A DNA stretch of 64,000 nt from a virus (lineage: Duplodnaviria > Caudoviricetes), in IMG/VR virus record IMGVR_UViG_3300032240_001498, positions 64,001 through 128,000 of that record; one strand, given 5' to 3'. Position 1 is the first letter of the stretch; every line of letters begins with the position of its first letter. The notes under the pieces were generated by a model that saw nothing but the letters and a program-made list of their open reading frames with translations, made no database searches and was not told where the DNA came from. Shown in pieces: positions 17,901-24,702 of this stretch. Made by a program: the position numbers and the translations under genes.

Positions 17901-20828
17901 AGCAAAGTTGCTTTGGCTGTCTGTTGCAGTCGGAAACAATAAATCTAATGCAATACTATCAACAATTAATCCGCTGTCTCTGCGACACTTGGCTGTATTA
18001 AATGCAAACGGCAAAAATTGTTGGTTGATATATGTTACAACTTCTTCTTGTATAAATGAACGGTTGGCTTGCAACAGAATTTCTGCGCTCATATAATGAG
18101 GATCCGGAGCGGAACCTAAGAAACTCTTAGGAGCAACACTTGGACCATTAGTGATAATATTTGTAATTGTATCAAAGGCATTATCTAATGATTCTTGCGC
18201 CACGCTTCCGCCTGGGAATGAATAGTTGATTACCTGAGCCTGTGTTGCGGTAGTTCCTAAAAGATTAGGAGCTCGCATGTTGACAATAATAGAATTAGTT
18301 AAACTTTTAACATAGTTGATGGCGCCGACACTCTGTGTTTCCTGTCCAGCGATTACAGAATTTACTCCGTCAAAATATGCAAGACCAGATTCAATGGCCT
18401 TGGCATTGCCGCCAAACAGGGCGTCAAAAGTAACGTTCTCTAGAATAATACCAACGTCTCTTTTGCATTTTTCTCTGTTGTAGACAAAGTTAGGTAAGCT
18501 GTTTGTGTAGGCGATAACTTCTGCTTTGATAAAATTCTTATTTGCATTTAGTAATGCGTAGGCATTTAGCAATCCAGTTGTAGAGGTTTGTGTTAGGCCG
18601 ATAGGAACTAGACTGGGTGCCGCGGCTGGTCCAACTGTGATCAATCGAGTGATAAGATCAATGTTAGAACTAATAGTTGCGGCCGCTGTTGCTGAGCCTG
18701 GGTTAGCATTGTCTAATACTTGAGTAATTTTACTTTGATAGAAAGATGTTAACTGCTGACTTTGTACTACAGCACTTATTACAGACTTCATGTACTGATA
18801 AGCCATGGTTGTCTGTGCAATCTCGTTAGGAATAGCAGTACTGCTACTGTTATATCCGTAGTATACTGTGCCAGCTTGAATAGCTTGTCTATTTCCGCCT
18901 CTCAATAAATCAAACGATATGCAATCTATGATATATCCAAGATCTCTTTTACACTTGTTCTTATCGTAGACAAAACTACCAGGACTAAAAACGTTAATCC
19001 ATGCAATAACTTCTGATTTTAAGAAATTTTTATTTGCCTGCAATAGATTATATGCGGCAACAGTACTGGTGTTAGAAGTAATTGTAGTACCGTTAGGAAT
19101 AATCTTGTCAGTTATTCCTGCAGTACCATAAGTGATAATATTAGTTACAGTTGTAAACAACGATCCAATACGAGTTGAATCACCAACTGCGCCTGCAGGA
19201 AGATTTGTTACCTGTGTTAGAGTATTTTGATAAGGTGCCGCAATTACAATGTTTCTAACAATCTGCTGTGCAAGACCGCTGATATAGTTAAATGCATTTG
19301 TAGTTGTTGTTACCTCTCCAGGAATCTGAGTTGGTGTATTTGCTTGGTTCCAATACTGAAGTCCAGAAAATACTGACTGACTTGTTCCTTGATAGATTAA
19401 GTCTAGTCCCAGGCCATCAACAATTAATCCTGTGTCGCGGGCGCACTTAACAGCATTATACTGGAAAGGTCCGCCGTATGTTTGATCAACATAGGCAACT
19501 GTTTGTTCTTGAATAAATGCCTTATTTGCCAATATCAATGTGCGAGCATTTTGGAATCCAGGAGCAGGGGGGCCACCGTTAATAGATTGGCCAACATAGA
19601 CAGATCCTGTACTTAAGGTAACAGTAAATGTTGTTGTATTTGGTGGGTATGTAGCTGTTCCAATTGCTTCCGGTATTTGAATTGTCTGATTTGGTACAAA
19701 CATTGTACCATCATAAAGCCAAGGGCCTGATTGATTAGTAACGTTTTGAATATATGGACTGTGGAACAGATCAATCTTTGTTCCGTTAACCTGCGGAGGA
19801 AACGCTGTAGCGTAGGCACCTCTGTTAGTACCAGGTGCATAGCCAGGGCCGCCTGGGAATCTTCCAGAGCGACCATTATATGTCATCAATTGAGCAATGT
19901 AGCATCCTGACTGAACATGGAATAAGTCTTGTGTCTTATTCATTGGTTCAATTAGTGTTGTACGTAGATCAGATCCAATTACAGATGTATACTGTTTTAA
20001 CAGGACAGGATTATTTTCTCTGTAGAGACCCGGAGCAACTTTGATGCTTGTTCCTTCTTTATATAAAGGACTCTTAGTTGCACCGCTTACTGTACGGCAA
20101 GCACGACTTGGGTCCATTGCGCCGCCATCATTAGTGTCGCTACCGTCTTCAGTAACATACAGTATGTTTGATGTAACAGGTGCAGTACCTAAAGGATTTT
20201 GACCCCATACACGAATCTCACCGCGTACATTCAGTGGGCCACCTTTTGGTGCTATGTCAATACCTTGACTGGCCAATAGGTTAGTAATTGTGCTACCGTA
20301 GGCAGCTAGGTTGCCTGCTTGAACTTGCTGGAAGTAACCATTCTTCCAATTATTAGTTGGACTACCAACATCATAAGTGTTTGGTGTTTTTGGTATTAGG
20401 CTAGAAAGGAATTCTGCACCAACTGTTAGAGTATCAACTCCTAGCTGATTACCTAGAACAATATTGCCGTCTGCTGTAATATTACCAGTAGCGTGTAAGT
20501 TTCCGTCTACTGTGGTGTCAGCATCTAATTTGATTTCGTTGCCTGGAGCAGGCTTTACATGGATAGGACCCAGTGTGGATCCAATGGTACCGCTACTTGC
20601 GGTTTTTGTGATTGTTAGTAGACCAAATGTAGATGTGTTTTGAACAATTAAACTGCCAACGTTGGCTGTTCCATTTACATCTAAATCGTATTGGGGGGAT
20701 GCTGTCTTAATGCCGATGCGACCTGTTGCCACATCAAGATAGAGCAAGTTGGTTTCAACTGCTAAGTTTACACCGTCACGTAGCAAATTACTTGCAAGTA
20801 ACGGGCCTGTAATTCGACCTACGGCCAT
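11970..20828 (-). CDS. Giant virion appendage protein (2952 aa): fibre N-terminal anchor plus a split beta-helix carrying 13 phycobiliprotein-like helical repeats
   Basis: ORF track, GAGGAG SD. Beta-helix motifs (ILYVTEDGSDTNDG, SPYIQNVT, NNGYAQLVSVFTIFC). Thirteen CxRDxG motifs at 144-167 aa spacing within two blocks. Confidence 0.85.
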   Translation of the reverse strand: MAVGRITGPLLASNLLRDGVNLAVETNLLYLDVATGRIGIKTASPQYDLDVNGTANVGSLIVQNTSTFGLLTITKTASSGTIGSTLGPIHVKPAPGNEIKLDADTTVDGNLHATGNITADGNIVLGNQLGVDTLTVGAEFLSSLIPKTPNTYDVGSPTNNWKNGYFQQVQAGNLAAYGSTITNLLASQGIDIAPKGGPLNVRGEIRVWGQNPLGTAPVTSNILYVTEDGSDTNDGGAMDPSRACRTVSGATKSPLYKEGTSIKVAPGLYRENNPVLLKQYTSVIGSDLRTTLIEPMNKTQDLFHVQSGCYIAQLMTYNGRSGRFPGGPGYAPGTNRGAYATAFPPQVNGTKIDLFHSPYIQNVTNQSGPWLYDGTMFVPNQTIQIPEAIGTATYPPNTTTFTVTLSTGSVYVGQSINGGPPAPGFQNARTLILANKAFIQEQTVAYVDQTYGGPFQYNAVKCARDTGLIVDGLGLDLIYQGTSQSVFSGLQYWNQANTPTQIPGEVTTTTNAFNYISGLAQQIVRNIVIAAPYQNTLTQVTNLPAGAVGDSTRIGSLFTTVTNIITYGTAGITDKIIPNGTTITSNTSTVAAYNLLQANKNFLKSEVIAWINVFSPGSFVYDKNKCKRDLGYIIDCISFDLLRGGNRQAIQAGTVYYGYNSSSTAIPNEIAQTTMAYQYMKSVISAVVQSQQLTSFYQSKITQVLDNANPGSATAAATISSNIDLITRLITVGPAAAPSLVPIGLTQTSTTGLLNAYALLNANKNFIKAEVIAYTNSLPNFVYNREKCKRDVGIILENVTFDALFGGNAKAIESGLAYFDGVNSVIAGQETQSVGAINYVKSLTNSIIVNMRAPNLLGTTATQAQVINYSFPGGSVAQESLDNAFDTITNIITNGPSVAPKSFLGSAPDPHYMSAEILLQANRSFIQEEVVTYINQQFLPFAFNTAKCRRDSGLIVDSIALDLLFPTATDSQSNFAGLQYWSQSSYTGSIASELTTTTNSISYLSSLAQKIILNDVSGPRYQSVSTQNTSVAPSTAEVAASIGENFSLILDIINNGTVGVTDKIVPSGSATNDPRIVHAYTQLQNNKGYMQAEVVAFVESTKTAGFVYDQAKCSRDVGYMVDSISFDCLYGGNRQSIMSGVDYYSFSAVSSVQTPAETTATIAAYTRLSDIVSGIITATPVGRSLNNLIDQVIDLPPATSTEVTLARAKIAKISNIITNGPSVASTLTPISLTPSTNENVKRAYALLEANRDFIANELVQFTQNTYNGGGFQYNQAKCSRDTGLLVDGFITDLGWSANGYTNTTFAGLQYWNQSGYTGIIGTELTTTTNAINFVKTMTKEAVVNTVGVRYQNTITQIINLPSATLSEASVLDTEFKIITDILTTGTVGISDKVVPNGLAIVSANAQNAYNILQTNKAYFQAEAIAFVETTKTSGFVYDKTKCARDVGYMIDSVCFDLLWGGNRQAITSGVYYYSFSGPSAIPGENQQTLAAYLRLGEILGDIITNSPIQVSQGNLTPQQFNSSPAVIETASALDAMVRLLLDIINNGPSVVGEKMPVSLTRNTDQNIINAQTLLTLNKQFIRDEIIAYVNSSFPNYQGNKGFNYDQEKCYRDTGLIIDAISQDLLVGGNRKIIEAGESYWTGGVNVVYDQLPQFNAALTYLKSLSLQIVQNQTVTALGNAPQTINTYFGGGIYAIDNINRLIDTFTTIVTKGPAFSPIGYEGAGAFSALSPTSADYTQVASTVLQADSLGSKQYRITLDVPTQGPGINQTIYFGQTSVYPLQDKDVPDIYSDRKVDPWGSIGGSLVDGGVISDRSPIQSFVYDAFTQVNQGGIGIHITNNGYAQLVSVFTIFCGTSVLVENGGICSITNSNANFGDYCLVSKGYGKRSFFGEVTNPPVLPYYPNGFFPQNQRVEVYCPDPADRPHIGQVMEVEVPETYRNAQGLPGFLSAIVNTGTLTTGSISISGIDTTGIVIGQSLYARDQFGSYRDLFGNLYISTGTTITDVNFKEISLSQPINAGGGDPANVNFFTMYVTGNAYYTIRGSTLAPDPITPGTKLIGASATEQGNDQTIEEIQAITYLNSLTNSIVSNKLINAFQSTITQFTNIALATGGQSTVRMGQLFTTLENIINTGPSAVPTIAKTGIVAPGAKDSSSLLRSNKLFLQTEIVEYINSLYFVYDHAVCKRDLGYILDSFAYDVAFQSNYQAIKSGQAYNRNVAGSKYVLENEKAQTTDAISKLGAITNQLAGISTVTSAISVINLDSIYIQNIINAGDGAGPAYSMPAPAGLDSSIVGAISLINNNISFITEELIGWINYTYPVFTYDSVKCKRDMGYILDAVHWDTLLGTNYRAVKAGQAYYLGNAGNVLTYEKSATIAAFNFIKSSALLLPAVVASPVATTALNTDIATINNILQNGVSVSPTVTYTLPSNIASGFDSASLLLQNNIAFIQAEVEAYVYTTYTAGGFVYDRTKCKRDVGYLMQALIYDITYGGNSMSVDAALQYFDSANNNVSTIPNEETQTVAAINYINTICQRIIINLSPLVSYQTSNIVAQYKNGSYINGANASATVALLITEMSNIVGSGPRSAPIITTPDISWVNATTLAAGVAINANANAIASQAITYIGQNFDVFTYDQAKCRRDIGYVLQALIYDLTYGGNWQTVDSGKLYWNGATSLIPNEQTQTIGAWNRMLYLLGQIIQNQNPANSFQATYSQFTNGSITNGANALPGLTNLIGILTRIIQNGLGYAPAIVYPSVSQATPVLRGIYNIIQSQKTALINQVITYIDGKYNGFEYNQALCKRDVGYILDAVAADLESGGNYNTVLAGQSYYARAGTHHYVELEDNITDAALFPDKALLNFYQRSYMSASGYLFEYVGAGSNYGALPQIGRADPIQERETIQLNNGKVFFTSTDQNGDFRIGPGLVISQATGVLSGRTFTKSLFANLTPFILAIEGI
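12330..19560 (-). repeat. Protein-level tandem repeats (8 + 5 units of ~144-167 aa) with core (K)CxRDxGYx(L/I)xxxxxDLxxGG
   Basis: Cys codons at 19443, 18951, 18465, 17985, 17490, 16995, 16503, 16002, 14280, 13848, 13416, 12921 and 12441. Confidence 0.9.
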
Positions 20829-20918
20829 AGAAGCTCCTCAATACACCGTGTTACACGGATAACCACCTTACATTGCGGGTTTACCACAGTATGTTCTGCT
20901 GGTAATCAGCATCACATA

Positions 20919-20924
20919 TATTTA
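20919..20924 (-). promoter_or_regulatory. Late promoter box TAAATA followed by a ~90-nt structured leader
   Basis: GGTAAATA in the intergenic gap upstream of the ATG at 20828. Confidence 0.65.
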
Positions 20925-20927
20925 CCA

Positions 20928-21644
20928 TTAAGTATTAAAAGGAGGATAGTAACCGTCAAAACCAATGAGAGCATATACAGGCTTAGCTGGCACAGGACTG
21001 GTGAATACAGCATAAGTTCCTGTTGAGAAAGTAAATGTCAAAAATGATCCTGCATTAACAATGCCAAGTGTTGCAGAACTAATACGTACTGCGTTAGTGT
21101 TTGTGCTTATGCTAAGAACTGTGGTTCCTGGAGCAATACCTACGTCACCGCCTACCGCTGATCCCACCTGTATGTCAACTTTATCAACAAGAGTGATGTT
21201 TGTAACCCCTGGATTTGTTACACCAACTGTGGCCTTAGTTTGAACAAAATCATTTACTAATGTGTAATTCACTGTGGGAACTTGATAGACATTTTCAACA
21301 TACAACATTACATTTTGTGGTTTTGCAGAATCAATTCGAACACTTAACGGTCCGTATACCGAGTTTACATAATCACCTGTTCCAACTGTTTGAAACTGTA
21401 CATTGCCCTGTCTACGAGTTCTTAAAAACTCCCAAGTACCATTTATGTATGCTTCAATTTCATTAAAATCTTTGTTATATCTAATCTGGCCGTTGTTAAA
21501 AGTCTGTGCTCGTTGAGCTGTAGATCCGGAAGGAAGTTGCAATTCTGCTTTAGAATCCGTAGTTATTTTACCGTCAATTTCAACAACAAAATTTTGACTT
21601 GCTGGACGATATTTGTTTAAGATTAGACGTTTAACGAATTTCAT
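20928..21644 (-). CDS. Virion/tail-fibre-associated protein (238 aa)
   Basis: ORF track. The motif LQLPSGSTAQR...GQIRYN...EAYINGTW is typical of phage fibre modules. The start overlaps the upstream stop (TAATG). Confidence 0.75.
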   Translation of the reverse strand: MKFVKRLILNKYRPASQNFVVEIDGKITTDSKAELQLPSGSTAQRAQTFNNGQIRYNKDFNEIEAYINGTWEFLRTRRQGNVQFQTVGTGDYVNSVYGPLSVRIDSAKPQNVMLYVENVYQVPTVNYTLVNDFVQTKATVGVTNPGVTNITLVDKVDIQVGSAVGGDVGIAPGTTVLSISTNTNAVRISSATLGIVNAGSFLTFTFSTGTYAVFTSPVPAKPVYALIGFDGYYPPFNT

Positions 21645-21973
21645 TAGGCTGTGCTCACGGTACTTATTGTTACAGTAATTGCGCCTGCGGCAGTTGATCT
21701 TACGCTGATGCTATCCTGATCTTCTAAGATAAATTTTTCAGTGTCCATTACAAATGTTTCTGTAGCTGGTACAGGAACTTGATTAATAATTTGTGTCTGA
21801 GGACCAACGGCTAATCCGCTTACTGCTGATACGATGTAGACATCAATTAGTGTGTTGACCACTGTTGAGGTATTGCAAATAACCATGGTAGTTATTGCGT
21901 TCTGTCCACTTGACTGATATACCTGTGTCGGAGGGTTTCCGGCCACTGTTATTTGTTTGCTTGTTATTGCCAT
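21644..21973 (-). CDS. Small virion-associated protein (109 aa)
   Basis: ORF track, AAGGA SD; paralogous pattern to 11571-11957. Confidence 0.75.
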   Translation of the reverse strand: MAITSKQITVAGNPPTQVYQSSGQNAITTMVICNTSTVVNTLIDVYIVSAVSGLAVGPQTQIINQVPVPATETFVMDTEKFILEDQDSISVRSTAAGAITVTISTVSTA

Positions 21974-21982
21974 GTCCTGTCC

Positions 21983-23008
21983 TTAAAATATTAATCCGTA
22001 AATTATCGCACGTTTGCGAGATATAAATTCGCCCGATGCGTCTTTATTTAAGTAATAGATTCCTGTACCACCGGCTCCTACGACTCCTGTTGTATAAATC
22101 GCAGTTGTGTTTGTGTTTGATATTGGGGGCAAGTTCTGATTAGTAATGCGTAATGCCTTACGTAGGATAACAGATCCTTGACCTGTCGGTTCTAGAAATA
22201 GATCAGCTGTTCCACTACCTGATAGAGCTGTAATAGTTTGATTGGTAAATGCCAATCCTGGAAATAGCACAGATCCTTGACTTATTACAGCAACAGGTAA
22301 TTGATTGATACCTAATATAATATTACTAGGTTGTCCTGTTACACTTATGTCGTTTAATTGTACAAAAGTTTCAGATCCAGCCGGGCCTTGTTTAATTTTT
22401 CTAATGTTATCAACAGATGCTTGGTTGGCGGCAATTTGTATATCAACATAGGCCTTATTTGGAATATCATCTTTGTCAATAACACGAGTTTCATAATTGG
22501 CTGTTCCTGCTACGCTAATAACTGCTCCAGCATTATCGCTGCCAAAAATGTTTAATCTTGGGTAGCCGCCTACTCGAGGAGCGGAATTTTCGTCTATGCG
22601 AATTGCATTTACACGTACTGCACTTACACCGCCTGCGGCTTTGAATTCAAAAATACCTCTACCAGAAATATCTGAAGTATGCCATGTAAATCCGTCAAGA
22701 CCCACAGCATCATTGTATAATAATGTTGCGGCATTTGATAAGTTAGCGCCATTACCACGGTCAATAATTAGACCAGAAGTACCTAGTGTAACATATGAAT
22801 TAGTTTCGCCTGAGTTTAAAACTAACACGTTGTCTTTAATCTGTGCATTAGTAGATGCAACCTGTGTTGTTTGACCTAACACATTAAGACTACCGGTAAT
22901 AACCACGGTACCAGTAAACAGGCCTGTACCTCCGCTAGGATCTAGCGTAATAGTAGGTGACGCTTGTATTGTATAGTTGCCTGGTACGCGAACGACATTT
23001 GTAGTCAT
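21983..23008 (-). CDS. Tail-fibre-associated protein (341 aa)
   Basis: ORF track, AAGGA SD and an upstream TAAATA (23029-23034). IKDNVLVLNSGET...GLIIDRG is a fibre-type motif. Confidence 0.75.
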   Translation of the reverse strand: MTTNVVRVPGNYTIQASPTITLDPSGGTGLFTGTVVITGSLNVLGQTTQVASTNAQIKDNVLVLNSGETNSYVTLGTSGLIIDRGNGANLSNAATLLYNDAVGLDGFTWHTSDISGRGIFEFKAAGGVSAVRVNAIRIDENSAPRVGGYPRLNIFGSDNAGAVISVAGTANYETRVIDKDDIPNKAYVDIQIAANQASVDNIRKIKQGPAGSETFVQLNDISVTGQPSNIILGINQLPVAVISQGSVLFPGLAFTNQTITALSGSGTADLFLEPTGQGSVILRKALRITNQNLPPISNTNTTAIYTTGVVGAGGTGIYYLNKDASGEFISRKRAIIYGLIF

Positions 23009-23028
23009 ATGATTATTCCTTTACCCTT

Positions 23029-23034
23029 TATTTA
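23029..23034 (-). promoter_or_regulatory. Late promoter box TAAATA
   Basis: Intergenic, upstream of the SD and the ATG at 23008. Confidence 0.55.
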
Positions 23035-23037
23035 TTT

Positions 23038-23712
23038 TTACTCGTTGACAAAAACTAACTCGTTTATCGCATGTTCTGTAACAAATTCAATATCAGAATT
23101 TTCTTCAAAAGCAAAGTAATTATTAGGGCCTACTTCGAGAACGATTTGATATATTGTCATTCCTTCTTTGTGGGGACGCATTGGATTACTGCTGAATCTC
23201 AGCAACACTCCAAATTTTGAATCTTGGAGCATGGTTTTTGTAATAGTAGCGCCCCATAGATCTTGTGGGCCACCATATGATGCATCATTTTCAATCTTCA
23301 TGTGTCCTTCAACACTATAGTGCCCTGCTGAAAGATTTGTTTTATTATCACTAATAACTTCACCATCATAAATCAAGCATACTGTTTCGTCTATGATCTT
23401 TTGATTTCTTTGACTGCTGATGTGTAGTGTTATGCCTGTGATTGTATTAGGTAAATTTCCAATGTTAAAATCAGTGCATTTCAAATAGTATGTCTTATCT
23501 AATTTAGGGCCGCGTGTAGGGTTTGCCACATGTGTTAGTGGTTTCGTAGTGCTTATTACATTGTAACTTCCAGAACCGTTTGTTGGATTGTTGAGATTGT
23601 AACTTGGGTTATCAACTATTGTATTATCTTGTTGATCGTTGGTCCAGCTGATGTGCGTCTCAGGATATTCTGCATATTGGACTATTGAGCGTGGATAGAA
23701 AAATTCTGGCAT
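23038..23712 (-). CDS. Hypothetical protein (224 aa), probably late
   Basis: ORF track; TAAATA lies 5 nt before the ATG. Confidence 0.75.
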   Translation of the reverse strand: MPEFFYPRSIVQYAEYPETHISWTNDQQDNTIVDNPSYNLNNPTNGSGSYNVISTTKPLTHVANPTRGPKLDKTYYLKCTDFNIGNLPNTITGITLHISSQRNQKIIDETVCLIYDGEVISDNKTNLSAGHYSVEGHMKIENDASYGGPQDLWGATITKTMLQDSKFGVLLRFSSNPMRPHKEGMTIYQIVLEVGPNNYFAFEENSDIEFVTEHAINELVFVNE

Positions 23713-23717
23713 ACCAG

Positions 23718-23723
23718 TATTTA
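23718..23723 (-). promoter_or_regulatory. Late promoter box TAAATA, 5 nt before the ATG (leaderless geometry)
   Basis: GGTAAATA-CTGGT-ATG. Confidence 0.6.
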
Positions 23724-23724
23724 C

Positions 23725-23994
23725 CTACTGTGCAAGTAAGGCCATTAAATGAAATTTCTGAAAAAGTCTAAGAGTTTCGTTGATTTTGTTTACTTGCTGT
23801 TGGCAATATCTATGCGTAGCTGTGCTACGTATTCGCCTATGATCTACTTCTAGATTACTGAGTTTTGTGATTTCTGGACGTACTGTATCGCACAACTTTT
23901 TAATATCGTGCTGAAACATTGGTAGCATTTTACCAAGTTGTTTAATTTCTGTTTCTACGGAATTCCAGTCGAGACTTGATTTTATTTCTAACAT
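23725..23994 (-). CDS. Hypothetical helical protein (89 aa)
   Basis: ORF track; fills the gap between the terminator and the next gene. Confidence 0.65.
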   Translation of the reverse strand: MLEIKSSLDWNSVETEIKQLGKMLPMFQHDIKKLCDTVRPEITKLSNLEVDHRRIRSTATHRYCQQQVNKINETLRLFQKFHLMALLAQ

Positions 23995-23996
23995 GT

Positions 23997-24021
23997 AAAA
24001 AAGGACTCCTAAGAGTCCTTT
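23997..24021 (-). terminator. Rho-independent terminator
   Basis: AAAGGACTC-TTAG-GAGTCCTTTTTT directly after the stop of the 179-aa gene. Confidence 0.85.
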
Positions 24022-24023
24022 AA

Positions 24024-24563
24024 TTAAGCGCCTTCTACGATTGCGTAGACGTCGTCAAAAGTGTTACCACCTGATGTCAATACAACACCACTTGTTGATG
24101 TTGAGTCAGCATAGTTCACTGCGGCTGTTGTACCTAGCACATATGGATAACGTGTTGTGCCATTCCAGACATAGCGATCTGTGATACGTGTTGCGTAAAA
24201 CAATGTACCAGTTGGGCTAACTGCTTTGATATACATCTGATTTGCGGCCAATGTTGGTTGGCTTGAGCCACCTACTAATACGCAGGTAGTCAATGTTGCG
24301 GCGCCGCCAGCAATGCTTTGACACATAAACTGATAGGCTCCACGTTGACGGGTAATTTGTCCGTCAGTTTTTGCAACACCTGCGGCAGTTTTGTAATTTG
24401 TTAAAATTACTAGACTTGTTGTACCTGATGTAAATCCGCCTGTACCGCCACGATACACAGTAGCACTTGATGTTGTGCTTGCGGCATACGTAAATTGAAT
24501 TGGGCTGATTGTTTGGTCTACTTGTAGAGTGTTTGCTCTCGAGATTTTCATACCTTTTGCCAT
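24024..24563 (-). CDS. Probable virion (head-decoration-like) protein (179 aa)
   Basis: ORF track. Strong AAGGAG SD, its own TAAATA box and terminator, directly downstream of the major capsid gene. The function is inferred from position only. Confidence 0.7.
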   Translation of the reverse strand: MAKGMKISRANTLQVDQTISPIQFTYAASTTSSATVYRGGTGGFTSGTTSLVILTNYKTAAGVAKTDGQITRQRGAYQFMCQSIAGGAATLTTCVLVGGSSQPTLAANQMYIKAVSPTGTLFYATRITDRYVWNGTTRYPYVLGTTAAVNYADSTSTSGVVLTSGGNTFDDVYAIVEGA

Positions 24564-24639
24564 TTTAATTTCTCCTTAATGTATGTGGGTTCTAGCCACT
24601 GCGCGGATGGGAACCGCAACAAGTCCGGATCGGACAGTA

Positions 24640-24645
24640 TATTTA
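24640..24645 (-). promoter_or_regulatory. Late promoter box TAAATA followed by a three-hairpin leader
   Basis: AATAAATA between the capsid terminator and the ATG at 24563. Confidence 0.65.
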
Positions 24646-24656
24646 TTGTGGTCAAC

Positions 24657-24682
24657 AAAAAGGACTCCGAAGAGTCCTTTTT
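24657..24682 (-). terminator. Rho-independent terminator with a cUUCGg tetraloop after the major capsid gene
   Basis: AAAAGGACTC-TTCG-GAGTCCTTTTTT. Confidence 0.9.
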
Positions 24683-24702
24683 ATTTGCTTTAAAGCCTTG
24701 GA

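Noticed and set aside
20871-20882. 12-mer AAACCCGCAATG (minus strand) shared by the leader at 20871-20882 and the start region at 28615-28626
   Set aside because: A single 12-mer match is plausible by chance and the two contexts differ (hairpin arm versus start codon).
115-22874. Many plus-strand ORFs in the track (e.g. 6373-6792, 7567-7977, 9709-10173) and short alternative-frame minus-strand ORFs
   Set aside because: They lie antisense to or inside long, motif-rich fibre genes, have no SD or promoter, and show Pro/Val/Thr compositions that mirror the Gly/Thr repeats of the real frame.
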